A DNA stretch of 64,000 nucleotides, taken from the IMG/VR virus record IMGVR_UViG_3300037067_019009, positions 32,001 through 96,000 of that record; one strand, given 5' to 3'. This document shows positions 9,839 to 21,539 of the stretch, in pieces; positions within the stretch are counted from its first letter, which is position 1, and every line of letters starts with the position of its first letter. The notes below the pieces were generated by a model, which saw nothing but the letters and a program-made list of their open reading frames with translations, searched no databases and had not been told where the DNA came from. Position numbers and translations under genes: made by a program. Source of the DNA: a virus (lineage: Duplodnaviria > Caudoviricetes).

Positions 9839-10876
9839 CTACATCCTCTTGGTGACAAAGTCCAGCCGTCTTTCTGCTATCTTCTGGATTGCTTTCAGCC
9901 GACCAACCGTATTAGTATCATTAAGCTTCCCAGACAGAAGTAACTCTTTGATGGCCGTATGATACATGCACATCACATCTTTAAGCTCGACTACATTAGT
10001 TGCTACATCATAATCCGGTACGGGTTTTCCAGAGGTGTCTGGTATAAACCACGTAGTTTTGTTATAATTGGGATCATCGGCCATGTCCACCAACCAATAA
10101 GCTATCTCCTCGGCAAAACTCATCTCAGTCCAGTTTCCACCTTGGTTATCCCTTTCGAACAACGCATCGAACGATACCATTCTCTCGGCTTTATCTATTG
10201 CTTCAGTCATAGAGTCAGCCTGTATATCTGGTATCATTATTCTAACAACTGGATAGACATGTACATTATACTTAGGCATACTTACCTCCGGACTAGCATT
10301 CTGTGTCATAAAATCAAAGACCTGGGCAAACAGAGCTTTTACTTTCAAGGCAAGCTCTTCCTCAGTGCCGTCATTGATAATTATGCTGTTCCATCCATCA
10401 AACTTTCTCCACTCTTGCTCAGAAACGTGCGTGTCTACGACCTCCGAAAGCCCCGGACGGTCTACCAGAATCAGGTAGCCTCCGTTGTCAGCTATATATA
10501 AAATCTCATTAGTGAATCTTATGTCAGGAATGATTACGAGTTCATGCTCCGGGCATTCACTGGACTGCAGCCACGAATCCATCCTCTTGACCCAGTAGTC
10601 CTTATCCGCTGCTCGCCTGTACTCTGTACCCCACCACTGCATGATAAGTCTCCAGCGCTCTTTTTCCCCAGTAGTGTTCATCTGTCTTAGCAGTTCTTCC
10701 TTAGGCACGCTCATCCTTTGGCTGAAGCACTCCGCTATTTCTTCCTTAACATAGTCAGCCATTCCTCTACGAATTGTTCTTATAGCATCAGCGCCAGCCA
10801 TCTTCGCAAGAAGAGCAGCCACTGTATCTTTACCGTGCTGTTTTCCACCACAAATCCCTACCAACGTAAACTTCAC
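9839..10876 (-). CDS. deoxynucleoside monophosphate kinase fused to a C-terminal DpnD/PcfM-like module
   Basis: GICGGKQHGKDT P-loop, QWWGTE, IPDIRFTNE, HVSE; internal RBS+ATG at 10279. Confidence 0.85.
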   Translation of the reverse strand: MKFTLVGICGGKQHGKDTVAALLAKMAGADAIRTIRRGMADYVKEEIAECFSQRMSVPKEELLRQMNTTGEKERWRLIMQWWGTEYRRAADKDYWVKRMDSWLQSSECPEHELVIIPDIRFTNEILYIADNGGYLILVDRPGLSEVVDTHVSEQEWRKFDGWNSIIINDGTEEELALKVKALFAQVFDFMTQNASPEVSMPKYNVHVYPVVRIMIPDIQADSMTEAIDKAERMVSFDALFERDNQGGNWTEMSFAEEIAYWLVDMADDPNYNKTTWFIPDTSGKPVPDYDVATNVVELKDVMCMYHTAIKELLLSGKLNDTNTVGRLKAIQKIAERRLDFVTKRM

Positions 10877-10895
10877 TCACCTAACTTCTGATTTT

Positions 10896-11156
10896 CTATA
10901 GCTGAAGTATCTTCATGATACTTCCATCTTCATCTATATACAGCTCGCTGCCATCTTTACGCACTACTAGGCCATCTCTTATCATAGCCGCCACGATATC
11001 TTGGATATACCTAGTCTCTACTACTATATCTTCGCCTAAAGTCTGATGTTCCCCTACGTTAGCCCCTACCCAAGACTTTGCTCTATCGGAATACATGTGT
11101 AACAAATAAAAACTCGACTCATCCACGACCTCAAAGTCGACATGATCCACTGTCAT
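10896..11156 (-). CDS. hypothetical protein
   Basis: ATGA-coupled ORF. Confidence 0.6.
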   Translation of the reverse strand: MTVDHVDFEVVDESSFYLLHMYSDRAKSWVGANVGEHQTLGEDIVVETRYIQDIVAAMIRDGLVVRKDGSELYIDEDGSIMKILQL

Positions 11157-11453
11157 ACTAACACTCTCCCATCAGTACCTACTAAACCCATCGCTATAGC
11201 GTTGAACAACATAGAGTAACCACAGACGGGGCATACTACGACAACGAAAGGCACGCTGCCAGCGAACCGCGTAGGGCCAAAGCCACCAGACGTGGGACAT
11301 AGAAGTATGGAGGGCACAACAGTCCAGCTTGACGGTTTACTACCACACACCACGCATTTATCACACATCTTCATTTTACTGGAGAGCCACGCCGTTATCC
11401 GCTCTTCGATTCTTATCTCAACGTCATCATTAGAGCCACAGGCCATACTCATG
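11153..11453 (-). CDS. zinc-ribbon protein (start uncertain)
   Basis: CVVCG...CPVCGYSMLFN. Confidence 0.55.
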
Positions 11454-11930
11454 CCCCTCCCAGGTAACACTCTTATCAGCATCAGTATAAGGATCGTTAC
11501 CATGAAAACACCTATACAGAAGCACACCTGCTTCTGTGGCAAAAATAGCAGCCTGCTCCGTGCACCACCGCTCTAACTGGCTGATAGGTTCCCCGTCCGC
11601 TTCAGGTACGATTCCGGATGAATCCAGTGGATCGTTTCCAGCCTCATAAAGTACCTTCGCATGCATATCTGACGTGTTTACTAGCAGTATTCTATACCCA
11701 TGAGGGTAGAACTCTCCTTTTACGTAGACAGGTTCGCCGCAATGTATTTGCGTGGCTGATTTCCTAAGCGGATTCCATACTACATCATCAACCTGCTCTA
11801 TGTAACTGCTATCTACTCCGAACATGCCTCCGGACACTACGTCCTTATAAATAGATACTCCTATGTCATTGCCGCTATCCGGATCCGTGACATAAACATC
11901 GCCCACCCAAGTAGCATTATCCTGTGCCAT
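11430..11930 (-). CDS. hypothetical protein
   Basis: GGAGGAG RBS. Confidence 0.65.
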   Translation of the reverse strand: MAQDNATWVGDVYVTDPDSGNDIGVSIYKDVVSGGMFGVDSSYIEQVDDVVWNPLRKSATQIHCGEPVYVKGEFYPHGYRILLVNTSDMHAKVLYEAGNDPLDSSGIVPEADGEPISQLERWCTEQAAIFATEAGVLLYRCFHGNDPYTDADKSVTWEGHEYGLWL

Positions 11931-11943
11931 TTCACTCCTCCAC

Positions 11944-12291
11944 TTACGAATCTACGAACACCTCTCCTCTGCCTCCACACCTGGGGCAGAGTGTCCTATC
12001 CTTCGGCCCCTCTATGCTCATACCAGATATGTATGTCCCATCCGGACTGTGTATATTCTTTTTGTCATCTATCACTAAGGTATGACCATCCTCAGCCTCT
12101 ATACTCATGGCAGCGTTACTAATATTTATAGATCCATAATCGCTTATCGTGTACCCTATCTCTAAGGTATGTAAGTTATCATAGAACCAATCTTCTACGG
12201 CCTGCGTCGCAGTTTCAGCCACCACATAATAATCCGTCCAATGATTAAAGCCCCCAATAACCTCGCATATCCTTACAATAAAACCAAACAC
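11944..12291 (-). CDS. hypothetical protein, DpnD/PcfM-like N-terminus
   Basis: YYVVAETATQAVE; C-terminal CPRCGG. Confidence 0.6.
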   Translation of the reverse strand: MFGFIVRICEVIGGFNHWTDYYVVAETATQAVEDWFYDNLHTLEIGYTISDYGSINISNAAMSIEAEDGHTLVIDDKKNIHSPDGTYISGMSIEGPKDRTLCPRCGGRGEVFVDS

Positions 12292-12304
12292 TCAAATAGT
12301 TCTC

Positions 12305-12757
12305 CTACTCATACACGCTAACTGCTACCAAATCTCCATTCTCATCCCTATGAATGTAATCCCCCTCGTCATCTTCAATATCGTAGTCATGGATATGAAC
12401 TGCGACTCCCGCAGGCTTCTTAACCAAGTAGGCAATGCCTCCCGACAGAGTTATTACAACTACATTATCTCCTGATATATCAGGCATAGGAAGACGTTTC
12501 GCCTCCGTTTCGGCTATCTCTTGCATTTCTTCCAGTATCGACTCTATGCCAAGCGTACCACGCATATGCGTGTTTATTCTATCCCCAAGCGATACTACAA
12601 AAGTATCTGTAGCATGACTAGCGGTAAGAGTAAGAGCCCCACATGTTGCTAGGGGCTCTTTTTCCGGGTAATCTTCAGGCACGCTTGATTTCAACTCATG
12701 TATTATATTTACTTCCACCCCTATCCTCCTTCCTGAGCAGCATAACTCGCGGTGCAT
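12305..12757 (-). CDS. hypothetical protein (true start likely near 12718)
   Basis: packed ORF; AGGAGG upstream of an internal GTG. Confidence 0.6.
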   Translation of the reverse strand: MHRELCCSGRRIGVEVNIIHELKSSVPEDYPEKEPLATCGALTLTASHATDTFVVSLGDRINTHMRGTLGIESILEEMQEIAETEAKRLPMPDISGDNVVVITLSGGIAYLVKKPAGVAVHIHDYDIEDDEGDYIHRDENGDLVAVSVYE

Positions 12758-13317
12758 TTAGGATGCAGCATTGGCTTACCTGCCGCCTCTAACTCTCTTG
12801 CAACGGGAATCGGCACTAACTTGTGACAATACAAGCACTCATAACTACTACCACCACCCTTTTTAGCAGCTGCTCCTGAGCTTAAGTAGCTTTTTACTTC
12901 ATCAGCTACACTGGGCGGCCTGTTATTCGGCTGCGGCTTGGTTGAAGCTTGGGCGGCTTGAGAAAATATTTCATCAGCGGCAGCTAAAATATCGTCCTCG
13001 ACTGGCGCACTCTCCGGCGCTCGATCAGGCTTCTCTTCTGCCTGCACTTCTTTTTCCCGATTAGTGCTATCAGAAATACTCTGACTACTTGCCACTCCTA
13101 TCTGCTCTACACCACCGCATAGCTCCAGCATCGATAAGACCCTGTCCATAGCGGTATCTAAGTCATCCGTGTGGCTTACTACTTCTCTATTGACACCAAA
13201 CTCTTTTATCGTTATGCATAGCTTAACTAAATCGGACCCTAGGGAAGTATAAGACATATCCCACCCAGCAAACCCATACTTACCATCCAAAAGTTTGGCG
13301 GCATCCCAATCTCGCAT
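12721..13317 (-). CDS. possible Rad52/Sak-like protein with C-terminal zinc finger
   Basis: LLDGKYGFAGW resembles the Rad52/Rad22 'L..vfGf.gW' motif; CLYC...HPKC. Confidence 0.35.
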   Translation of the reverse strand: MRDWDAAKLLDGKYGFAGWDMSYTSLGSDLVKLCITIKEFGVNREVVSHTDDLDTAMDRVLSMLELCGGVEQIGVASSQSISDSTNREKEVQAEEKPDRAPESAPVEDDILAAADEIFSQAAQASTKPQPNNRPPSVADEVKSYLSSGAAAKKGGGSSYECLYCHKLVPIPVARELEAAGKPMLHPKCTASYAAQEGG

Positions 13318-13321
13318 GATT

Positions 13322-13642
13322 TTATTCCAGCTCCTCTGCCAGTATCATTATGAGCTTATTAAGCTCCTTAGCTCTCTTTATCTCTACCCTCATCCCAGGT
13401 GAGACACCTTCACCTATATAGGCCCATACTCTGTCACATTTCTCTAACATAGCAAGCCCACATTGTATTCCCAGTTCTCTGTCCTCTCCATCCTCGGTTA
13501 GTATTTGCGGGTAAAGCAGATGTGGCGCGAATGGAGCGTACCCAGCATCCATAGCCATTCTGCAAAGCTTTCTAGCTATCTCGCTATTATGCTCCATGTC
13601 TCCATTAAACTTACTACAAATAAATACAGTTTCTTTACTCAT
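13322..13642 (-). CDS. DUF4406/DUF7768 nucleoside 2-deoxyribosyltransferase-like protein
   Basis: VFICS, PFAPHLLYPQ, LEKCDRVW, SPGMRVEI. Confidence 0.8.
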   Translation of the reverse strand: MSKETVFICSKFNGDMEHNSEIARKLCRMAMDAGYAPFAPHLLYPQILTEDGEDRELGIQCGLAMLEKCDRVWAYIGEGVSPGMRVEIKRAKELNKLIMILAEELE

Positions 13643-13744
13643 ATTCCTCACCAAAAGTGTGGCTACAAGATATCCGCACCTATATTGGTGAGTGGGTGGA
13701 ATTACTATGCGTAAGGAATCCACCCACCAACCAATTCCTATAAA

Positions 13745-15515
<1,771 letters not shown>

Positions 15516-16301
15516 TTAGTTACTCAAATTAATACCATACTTCCATGCCTGACACTCTCTATAGTACTGACACAGCAGCTCGCTGCAATACTTGTCTCTT
15601 GGTTCTGGCGGAACTGTTCCCTCCCTCAAAGCCGACATAAGTGCAAGAGATCGTTTAGCATAACCCAAGAAGTCTTCCACATCAACGTAATCCCTTCTCA
15701 TAGAGATCACGTCTACCTTAGGCTTGTCTTTCCTCTGTACTACATGGAACTCAAAATCTACATAAGGCTTCCCAGTCAGAAACGTGTAGGTCGTGGCCTG
15801 TGTATTCGTGGCAGCTTCCTCTTCTTCATTCCACTTCTTAGTAGTAAGTTTATAATCTACTAAAGTATTATCGCTGCGAATCATATCGACGATACCTATT
15901 AAGCGGCAGTTCATTCCAGGCAAGTCTTTAGTTATTTTTACTTCGCAGGCATCCGGTGCTTGGTAGCGGCCCACCTCCGACCAATACTTTTCCACGGCGG
16001 CTAGACCATTGGCCTTGAACTTCTTTGGACTCTGGCCCGGCAAGAGCTCGAGGCTCTTGATACCCTTATCCCACTTAGAGTCGAATACCGCTATCACATA
16101 ATCGAGTTCAGCCTTGTTACCATTGCTAATAAACACCAAATTAGCCGCCTGCATAGCTTCATGGAAGCATGTTCCAGCAAACATGTATATTGTTTGAGGC
16201 TTACCGATCTTTTTGACGTACTTAAAGTACCAGGCTAAAGAGCAGTCGTCAAGCAGACTCAGCTGAGTATATGAAATAACCGGAGTCTTAAGCTCAGCCA
16301 C
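15516..16301 (-). CDS. Cas4/RecB-like PD-(D/E)xK exonuclease
   Basis: SYTQL...C, GTCFH, CE...GIVD...VDYK, Q..TY, C-terminal CxxxxCxxxxxC. Confidence 0.85.
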   Translation of the reverse strand: MAELKTPVISYTQLSLLDDCSLAWYFKYVKKIGKPQTIYMFAGTCFHEAMQAANLVFISNGNKAELDYVIAVFDSKWDKGIKSLELLPGQSPKKFKANGLAAVEKYWSEVGRYQAPDACEVKITKDLPGMNCRLIGIVDMIRSDNTLVDYKLTTKKWNEEEEAATNTQATTYTFLTGKPYVDFEFHVVQRKDKPKVDVISMRRDYVDVEDFLGYAKRSLALMSALREGTVPPEPRDKYCSELLCQYYRECQAWKYGINLSN

Positions 16302-16492
16302 TATGCTATCTCCTTCAGTAGTTCAGAGTACTTGCGTTCGCACTTGGCACACCGATTACTCTCATCGGTCTGACAAGCTTCCCTGTAGATAGCTTTATCT
16401 GTATCTACCGCCTTACCGCATAAGAGTTGAGCGGGATTGTCCGGATTCATACGATGCCATTTAGTCCAGTTTCCCTCTTTAACTAACAGCAA
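16301..16492 (-). CDS. small zinc-binding protein
   Basis: H...LCG...CAKC. Confidence 0.55.
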   Translation of the reverse strand: MLLVKEGNWTKWHRMNPDNPAQLLCGKAVDTDKAIYREACQTDESNRCAKCERKYSELLKEIA

Positions 16493-16504
16493 ATTAATAC
16501 TCTC

Positions 16505-16999
16505 CTATACTCCATAGGTAGGCTCAGTTATTTTGAGCATCTCTATAAATATATTTACTCCCCTGTTCTTTTTCTCCGTACCGTCTTCCTTCATATCTCC
16601 GCCCGTGTACTCCAGTACTTTACACGTGTAACTGATACCGGAATCCATGGCCTGGGCCAACTGAGTAGCCAGTCCAATGCGATCAAACTCCGTGCCATCA
16701 CATTCTGAGCACGCACTGGGAGCTCCCTTACCGCGCCCAGGCATTATATAGCCGCAATCAGCGCAAGCGTATTCCGAGTTAGAGATGTAACCCAGCTGGA
16801 TAGTCTCATATCCACCCTCTTTGCTGTACAACTCTACCCATACGCCTATGGCGTCGGGGTCGTAAGCATTCTCTGGTTCACGTTCCAAGTGAAGCATAGC
16901 AGCTCCAGCCTCTTTAGCTCTGACTATCTTCTCCTGGCGGTTATCGAAAGTAGTACCAACTATTTTAGAAAATACTTTATCCGGGTATTTTGTTCCCAT
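16505..16999 (-). CDS. HIRAN domain protein with inserted zinc ribbon
   Basis: KIVGTTF, LEREPENAYDPDAI, QLGYI; CADC...CSEC insert; GGAGG RBS before ATG at 16999. Confidence 0.85.
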   Translation of the reverse strand: MGTKYPDKVFSKIVGTTFDNRQEKIVRAKEAGAAMLHLEREPENAYDPDAIGVWVELYSKEGGYETIQLGYISNSEYACADCGYIMPGRGKGAPSACSECDGTEFDRIGLATQLAQAMDSGISYTCKVLEYTGGDMKEDGTEKKNRGVNIFIEMLKITEPTYGV

Positions 17000-17447
17000 T
17001 CTTATCCTCCCATGCCTCATATGTAGTTTCCAGCCAATCACCGGGTAGTACACAAGCCAGCTTATATCCTCTATCAGTAAAACCCGCATCAGCGGCATAA
17101 GAGATACCAAACTTCGATATCGTCATAGTGCTGAAGTGTATAATAGCTTTGCCGTTTTCTTGTGATACATCGTAATCATCAGGAAGCAGTATCGCTAAAG
17201 GCCCTTCCCCCCGTGCCGCCATGTCGTCCAACTGTTCCATCTTCTCTTCGTCGTTCAGGTCATTAAGCCAGATAATATTGGATTCATCATCGTACTCTAC
17301 GGTAAGGAAGTCCTCATCTGCTGCTGTTAGAAAGTCAACTGTTCGCGTACGCCTATTAACCTTAGTTATCAGATCTCGAGTCACCTCAAGTACAGCGTAA
17401 GCATCACCCGATGTCTGCGTTACAGCCGGTAATAGTAGTTTCATCAC
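16977..17447 (-). CDS. hypothetical acidic protein
   Basis: AAGGAGG RBS. Confidence 0.65.
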   Translation of the reverse strand: MMKLLLPAVTQTSGDAYAVLEVTRDLITKVNRRTRTVDFLTAADEDFLTVEYDDESNIIWLNDLNDEEKMEQLDDMAARGEGPLAILLPDDYDVSQENGKAIIHFSTMTISKFGISYAADAGFTDRGYKLACVLPGDWLETTYEAWEDKNGNKIPG

Positions 17448-17665
17448 TACTCCTCCTTAGGTTCCATTGCGATATCTACTCGCAGAAGCCACGGGCCCCT
17501 GCGCAGCATAGCAGGTAGCTTGTGCCGACGATATCCATCTGGTAGTTTGAACCCCAATACACAATCGCCACTATCCACCTGAATATCATCAGTAGCCTTA
17601 ATACTCGGATCTTCTCCGATCTTGATGACATTACCATCTTGATAATGTCCATATAATCTAAGCAT
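17447..17665 (-). CDS. hypothetical protein
   Basis: GGAGG RBS. Confidence 0.6.
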   Translation of the reverse strand: MLRLYGHYQDGNVIKIGEDPSIKATDDIQVDSGDCVLGFKLPDGYRRHKLPAMLRRGPWLLRVDIAMEPKEE

Positions 17666-17691
17666 CTGTTGTCCTCCCTAACACATCCTAG

Positions 17692-18069
17692 TTACAATCC
17701 AAAGCTGTCTAAGAACCCACTTTCCCTCACGACAATCCATTTATCTTTCACTCGAACTTCGTACCATTCGTTTCCAGAGGCTGGGTAAACTACCAGCTTT
17801 CTGTACCCCACTGGATAATCGCGTACCTTCCTTACTTCAATATTATTTATGCTCACAGGTACTCCCTGTTTCACTTTGAAGTCGTTACGTGTCGCTATAG
17901 TTAGAATGACACCAACTACAAATAAGACCAGTCCCGTTACGACTATGCTAAGTATGCCCTTCCCATCATCACGGCTTAGATTATCATCAGTCGCCAGTAT
18001 CCCTCCCACCACTACCATCATCAATCCAACCAGTACCATATATGTTCTAACCTTTACCCTTCCCACCAA
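17692..18069 (-). CDS. membrane protein (2 TM)
   Basis: two hydrophobic segments at the N-terminus. Confidence 0.65.
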   Translation of the reverse strand: MVGRVKVRTYMVLVGLMMVVVGGILATDDNLSRDDGKGILSIVVTGLVLFVVGVILTIATRNDFKVKQGVPVSINNIEVRKVRDYPVGYRKLVVYPASGNEWYEVRVKDKWIVVRESGFLDSFGL

Positions 18070-18080
18070 TTACTGTAATT

Positions 18081-18296
18081 TCAGCTACTCGTTAATTCTC
18101 CCTCTTCCATTATCCAGCCGTGCTTATTGGCGTAGTCGCACAATACATTATAAGCATCTTCATAAGAATCAAAAATGCCTCCTAGTTTCGCGGCACAGCC
18201 AACGCTATAACCCGGAGAAGCATAATTTATCTGCCACCTATTTCCACTACCGGCGACATAATGCCTGAATCCATGTTTACTAACCCAAAAAACCAT
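18081..18296 (-). CDS. hypothetical protein
   Basis: C-terminal L.DYA..HGW shared with ORF 63778-63975. Confidence 0.55.
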   Translation of the reverse strand: MVFWVSKHGFRHYVAGSGNRWQINYASPGYSVGCAAKLGGIFDSYEDAYNVLCDYANKHGWIMEEGELTSS

Positions 18297-18311
18297 TCGG
18301 TCATCACACCT

Positions 18312-18854
18312 CTATATAAACCTGACTACTATGTCTGACTCTTCTAAGAGCCTCTTAGCTAAACTATCGTACCAGTTATCAGACCCGCACACTAACTCTT
18401 TTATGCCGGCGTTAATTATCGCACCCGCACACTGCTGGCATGGAGTCACTGTCGCTGATACATATATAGTAGTCCCTAGAGTAGCCGTGCCTTGTCTGGC
18501 GGCGTTGGTAATAGCGTTCCTTTCAGCATGTTGTGCCGGGCATAGCTCTACCCCAGCTCCTGATGGCAGGTTTAGTCGCTTGCGCGGACACACACCTGAA
18601 TCCGAGCTTAGTGGAAACTGGCATAAGGATGATCCAGAGGGCGCACCATTATAACCAAAGCTTACTATCCTAGTATCCTTTACAATCATGGCCCCGCATT
18701 TCCTACTGGCACACTTAGACATACCAGCCGCTAAGTTCGCTATCGACATGAATAGATCATCCCAGTCGGACTGGCTCTTATGCCTATTAGTACAGGCGTC
18801 GATAAACTCCCTAGATTCCCACCACATAGACGGTGGTGCAAGTAACTCTGCCAA
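18312..18854 (-). CDS. dCMP deaminase
   Basis: GYNG, HAERNAI, PCQQC. Confidence 0.93.
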   Translation of the reverse strand: MAELLAPPSMWWESREFIDACTNRHKSQSDWDDLFMSIANLAAGMSKCASRKCGAMIVKDTRIVSFGYNGAPSGSSLCQFPLSSDSGVCPRKRLNLPSGAGVELCPAQHAERNAITNAARQGTATLGTTIYVSATVTPCQQCAGAIINAGIKELVCGSDNWYDSLAKRLLEESDIVVRFI

Positions 18855-19268
18855 TTAGTAGTTAGCCTCCGCTTCCTGCCCCAGCAGGCCCAATACTTTC
18901 GCGACAAGGTCTATGCTCGGATCACTCTTAAGCCGTATTTCAAGCATAGTTCCCGGATATTCCCCGTTTCCTCGCGTAATGGCAGCTTCCGGCGTATTTC
19001 TGGCCCACTCTTCATACTCTTCCCAGGACATACTCTCGACTTCTGGAAACTGCCCCCTCATATCGCAGCGATCCTTATAATCCTCATTAACCAGCCCTAT
19101 CTCAAAGTAGTCATCCACCTTACCACTGACTCCAAGAGCTGATAGAAGAGTCTCCAGTAACGAACGGGCAGCCGTTACTGAACTTTTCGTGCCCCATGTG
19201 AAAATCTCAGTAGACGAGTTAGTTATAAAATCCACCACAGAATGCACATTTACTATAAAACATTTCAT
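18855..19268 (-). CDS. ITNSS-motif protein, subtype A (paralog 1)
   Basis: HSVVDFITNSSTEIFTW...DDYF; similar to 39462 and 44968. Confidence 0.75.
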   Translation of the reverse strand: MKCFIVNVHSVVDFITNSSTEIFTWGTKSSVTAARSLLETLLSALGVSGKVDDYFEIGLVNEDYKDRCDMRGQFPEVESMSWEEYEEWARNTPEAAITRGNGEYPGTMLEIRLKSDPSIDLVAKVLGLLGQEAEANY

Positions 19269-20237
19269 CTATTCAATCACTCCTCTCGCTTTCTCAAAAA
19301 CCTTACGCATCTTCTCTATCTCCACTTCCTGCGTGGCTACATCCCCGCGCCTTGCTACACCGGCTGGATGCATAATAACACCTACGTACTCAACGCTAGG
19401 CGGTACTCCCACTATCTCAAGATCTTTCCTTGGTGCAAACATGCCGCTAGAGGCAGTAACAGAGAACTTACTCCCGAGGAATCGTTGGGCTGCCACTCTT
19501 CCTACAAGCACTATTACTTTAGGTTGAATCAGGCGCATCTGAATATTCAACCAACGGCCGCAAGCTCGTTGCTCCTCAGTGGTCGGTGGCCTGTCCTTAC
19601 CATTATTATCTGTAGGCCTGCACTTCACTATATTAGTTATATACAGGCCCGAGTAGCTAGCAGGTTCTCCATAGAACGTCAGTCTGTTGCTCGATGACTC
19701 TCTTGGAAATATTCCATCGAGAGCAGCGTTCAATATACCAGCTGTGGAGTTAGGAGTAGGCGCCTTATCCTCCAACCTTTTCCTGGTAACGGAATCCGGC
19801 ATCTTCAAGAAGCTACACCCCACGCTCGGCAGTGGAGTTCCCCTTGTCACATACGAAGGTGGGAAACAGTTCTCATGGTTTGCGCAGTACATGAAACATC
19901 GACTATTTATATACTCATCCTTATGACAAAATGGTATAAGAGTACGCTGTTCATACTGGCCAGGACCCTCTCCTATAGCCATTACTTTCGCATGTATAGA
20001 TCCGTCGGCGAACACGGACTCCCCATACCTATTATCGCACAGGTTACACTTATCACATGAGGAACAAGCATCGGAAGCAGCAGCCAGCAGGTTTTTCCTT
20101 ACTTCTATTATAAGCTCACCGCTTGGCATACTAAATGATTCTGTTAATAGCTTATATACACGTTCAGACGTAAACACTTCCGGCCACAGTTTCGCGGCCA
20201 TAGTTACCAATTTCTCTATCAAGTCGTGCTCATTCAT
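19269..20237 (-). CDS. family-4 uracil-DNA glycosylase with Cys-rich insertion
   Basis: CDKCNL, IGEGPG, ITNIVKCRP, DRPPT, IVLVGRVA, MHPA. Confidence 0.88.
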   Translation of the reverse strand: MNEHDLIEKLVTMAAKLWPEVFTSERVYKLLTESFSMPSGELIIEVRKNLLAAASDACSSCDKCNLCDNRYGESVFADGSIHAKVMAIGEGPGQYEQRTLIPFCHKDEYINSRCFMYCANHENCFPPSYVTRGTPLPSVGCSFLKMPDSVTRKRLEDKAPTPNSTAGILNAALDGIFPRESSSNRLTFYGEPASYSGLYITNIVKCRPTDNNGKDRPPTTEEQRACGRWLNIQMRLIQPKVIVLVGRVAAQRFLGSKFSVTASSGMFAPRKDLEIVGVPPSVEYVGVIMHPAGVARRGDVATQEVEIEKMRKVFEKARGVIE

Positions 20238-20269
20238 ACGATATTACCAAATCCATGTTCCACAAATGG

Positions 20270-20656
20270 CTAAGGCTCATAGTATTCTATTTCTAGATTC
20301 TCAGGTTTCATAGCATCAGCCACTCGCCTCTCCAACTCCCTATTGAAATCTTCGATTCCTCTAAGCGCCATCCCTACCGCCATTTTGTGCCAAAGCTTAA
20401 ACTTTTTGGTTTCCACTAGACGTAGAAATGCCTTACGTTTGTTTTGCAGCTGAGACCTTTCTTCCCTGCACTCCGCAACTGCTCCGGATTCCGGGTGGCG
20501 TATGCGAACTCCGGTCTCTACTTTATTTTGATTTTGTCCCCCCTTACCTCCAGCGCGAAAAGTCTCTACTATAAAGTCCCCTTTCTCTTTAGATAAGGAA
20601 AAGAGCAATTCTCTTTCTGGTTTCACCTGGCTATACTGCCTCCTCGTTAGTAGCAC
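20270..20656 (-). CDS. class I release factor catalytic-domain protein (GGQ peptidyl-tRNA hydrolase, ArfB/PrfH-like)
   Basis: [22 protein letters not shown]...ERSQLQNK..A; start uncertain (GTG 20626 possible). Confidence 0.88.
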   Translation of the reverse strand: MLLTRRQYSQVKPERELLFSLSKEKGDFIVETFRAGGKGGQNQNKVETGVRIRHPESGAVAECREERSQLQNKRKAFLRLVETKKFKLWHKMAVGMALRGIEDFNRELERRVADAMKPENLEIEYYEP

Positions 20657-21026
20657 GATTAAAATCTGCGTACTCCGCTATATAACCTTCTATAGAATCG
20701 TCAGAATACCCAAACAACTTACCAAGATACCAGGCCCTAGCTGCCTCTGGCAGACGCTCCTCAATCTCATTAAATGCTTTGATAAGTTCCTCGACAAAGG
20801 GTCGGTGCCACATCCAAACTCCTACCCAATCACAGCCAGCAAACTCTTCTACTAAGAAACTAATTCCATCTTCTTTTAGTAGATTCAAAACGTTACTAAG
20901 ATCGGCCTCATGAAGTTGTAGATAGGCGGCCAACTTGCCGCGCTTTACCATATAACTATATGCCTCAGCTTCTCCCATATGCCAGGACCCTATATCAACT
21001 GGCAGCATCATCGTTACTACCTCCAA
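20631..21026 (-). CDS. hypothetical protein
   Basis: GKLFGYS motif. Confidence 0.6.
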   Translation of the reverse strand: MEVVTMMLPVDIGSWHMGEAEAYSYMVKRGKLAAYLQLHEADLSNVLNLLKEDGISFLVEEFAGCDWVGVWMWHRPFVEELIKAFNEIEERLPEAARAWYLGKLFGYSDDSIEGYIAEYADFNRATNEEAV

Positions 21027-21327
21027 CCTTCTCCGTGCAGTATTTTTCCATCGCCGCTAGGTTTTCCCTAGCAACATCAGCAACCTCATCGCCAGGAAAC
21101 AATGCCGCTGCTAGAAAATCCAGTAGTTCATAATCGGATAGGCCTAACGTCACTGCAAGACGCAATAACCGCTCTCTACCTTGTACTGGGGGACAAATGC
21201 CTCTTTCAATTAGACTTATTTCCGAAGGCGATAGATCAAAATGCTTTCCAACTTCCTTCCAAAATGTCCTTAGGCTCATCTTGTTCCGTAGCCTATAAAA
21301 CTTAAGCAGTTCGCCAAAAGGTTTCAT
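20995..21327 (-). CDS. XRE-family HTH regulator
   Basis: FGELLKFYR...SLR...SEISLIERG. Confidence 0.8.
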   Translation of the reverse strand: MKPFGELLKFYRLRNKMSLRTFWKEVGKHFDLSPSEISLIERGICPPVQGRERLLRLAVTLGLSDYELLDFLAAALFPGDEVADVARENLAAMEKYCTEKVGGSNDDAAS

Positions 21328-21539
21328 TGAAAATCTATACTCTCAATTCTATTAGCGGCCTCTATGAGTAAATACTTATAAGACGCATCTACCGTATCAC
21401 AAGATAATGCGTATAAGATACGACTTAGCTGCTTATTGCTCATGAAACCCATAAGCCCTTCCTGAGCCAGAGATGCGACGGACTTAGAAGCTGCTTCGAA
21501 ATCCAGTAGCACTTTTCTATTATCAGCACTCTCACCCAT
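21324..21539 (-). CDS. hypothetical protein
   Basis: coupled ORF. Confidence 0.55.
   Translation of the reverse strand: MGESADNRKVLLDFEAASKSVASLAQEGLMGFMSNKQLSRILYALSCDTVDASYKYLLIEAANRIESIDFQ

Noticed and set aside
15516-16301. CRISPR-associated Cas4
   Set aside because: A solo Cas4-like nuclease is common in phages; no cas1/cas2 or array.
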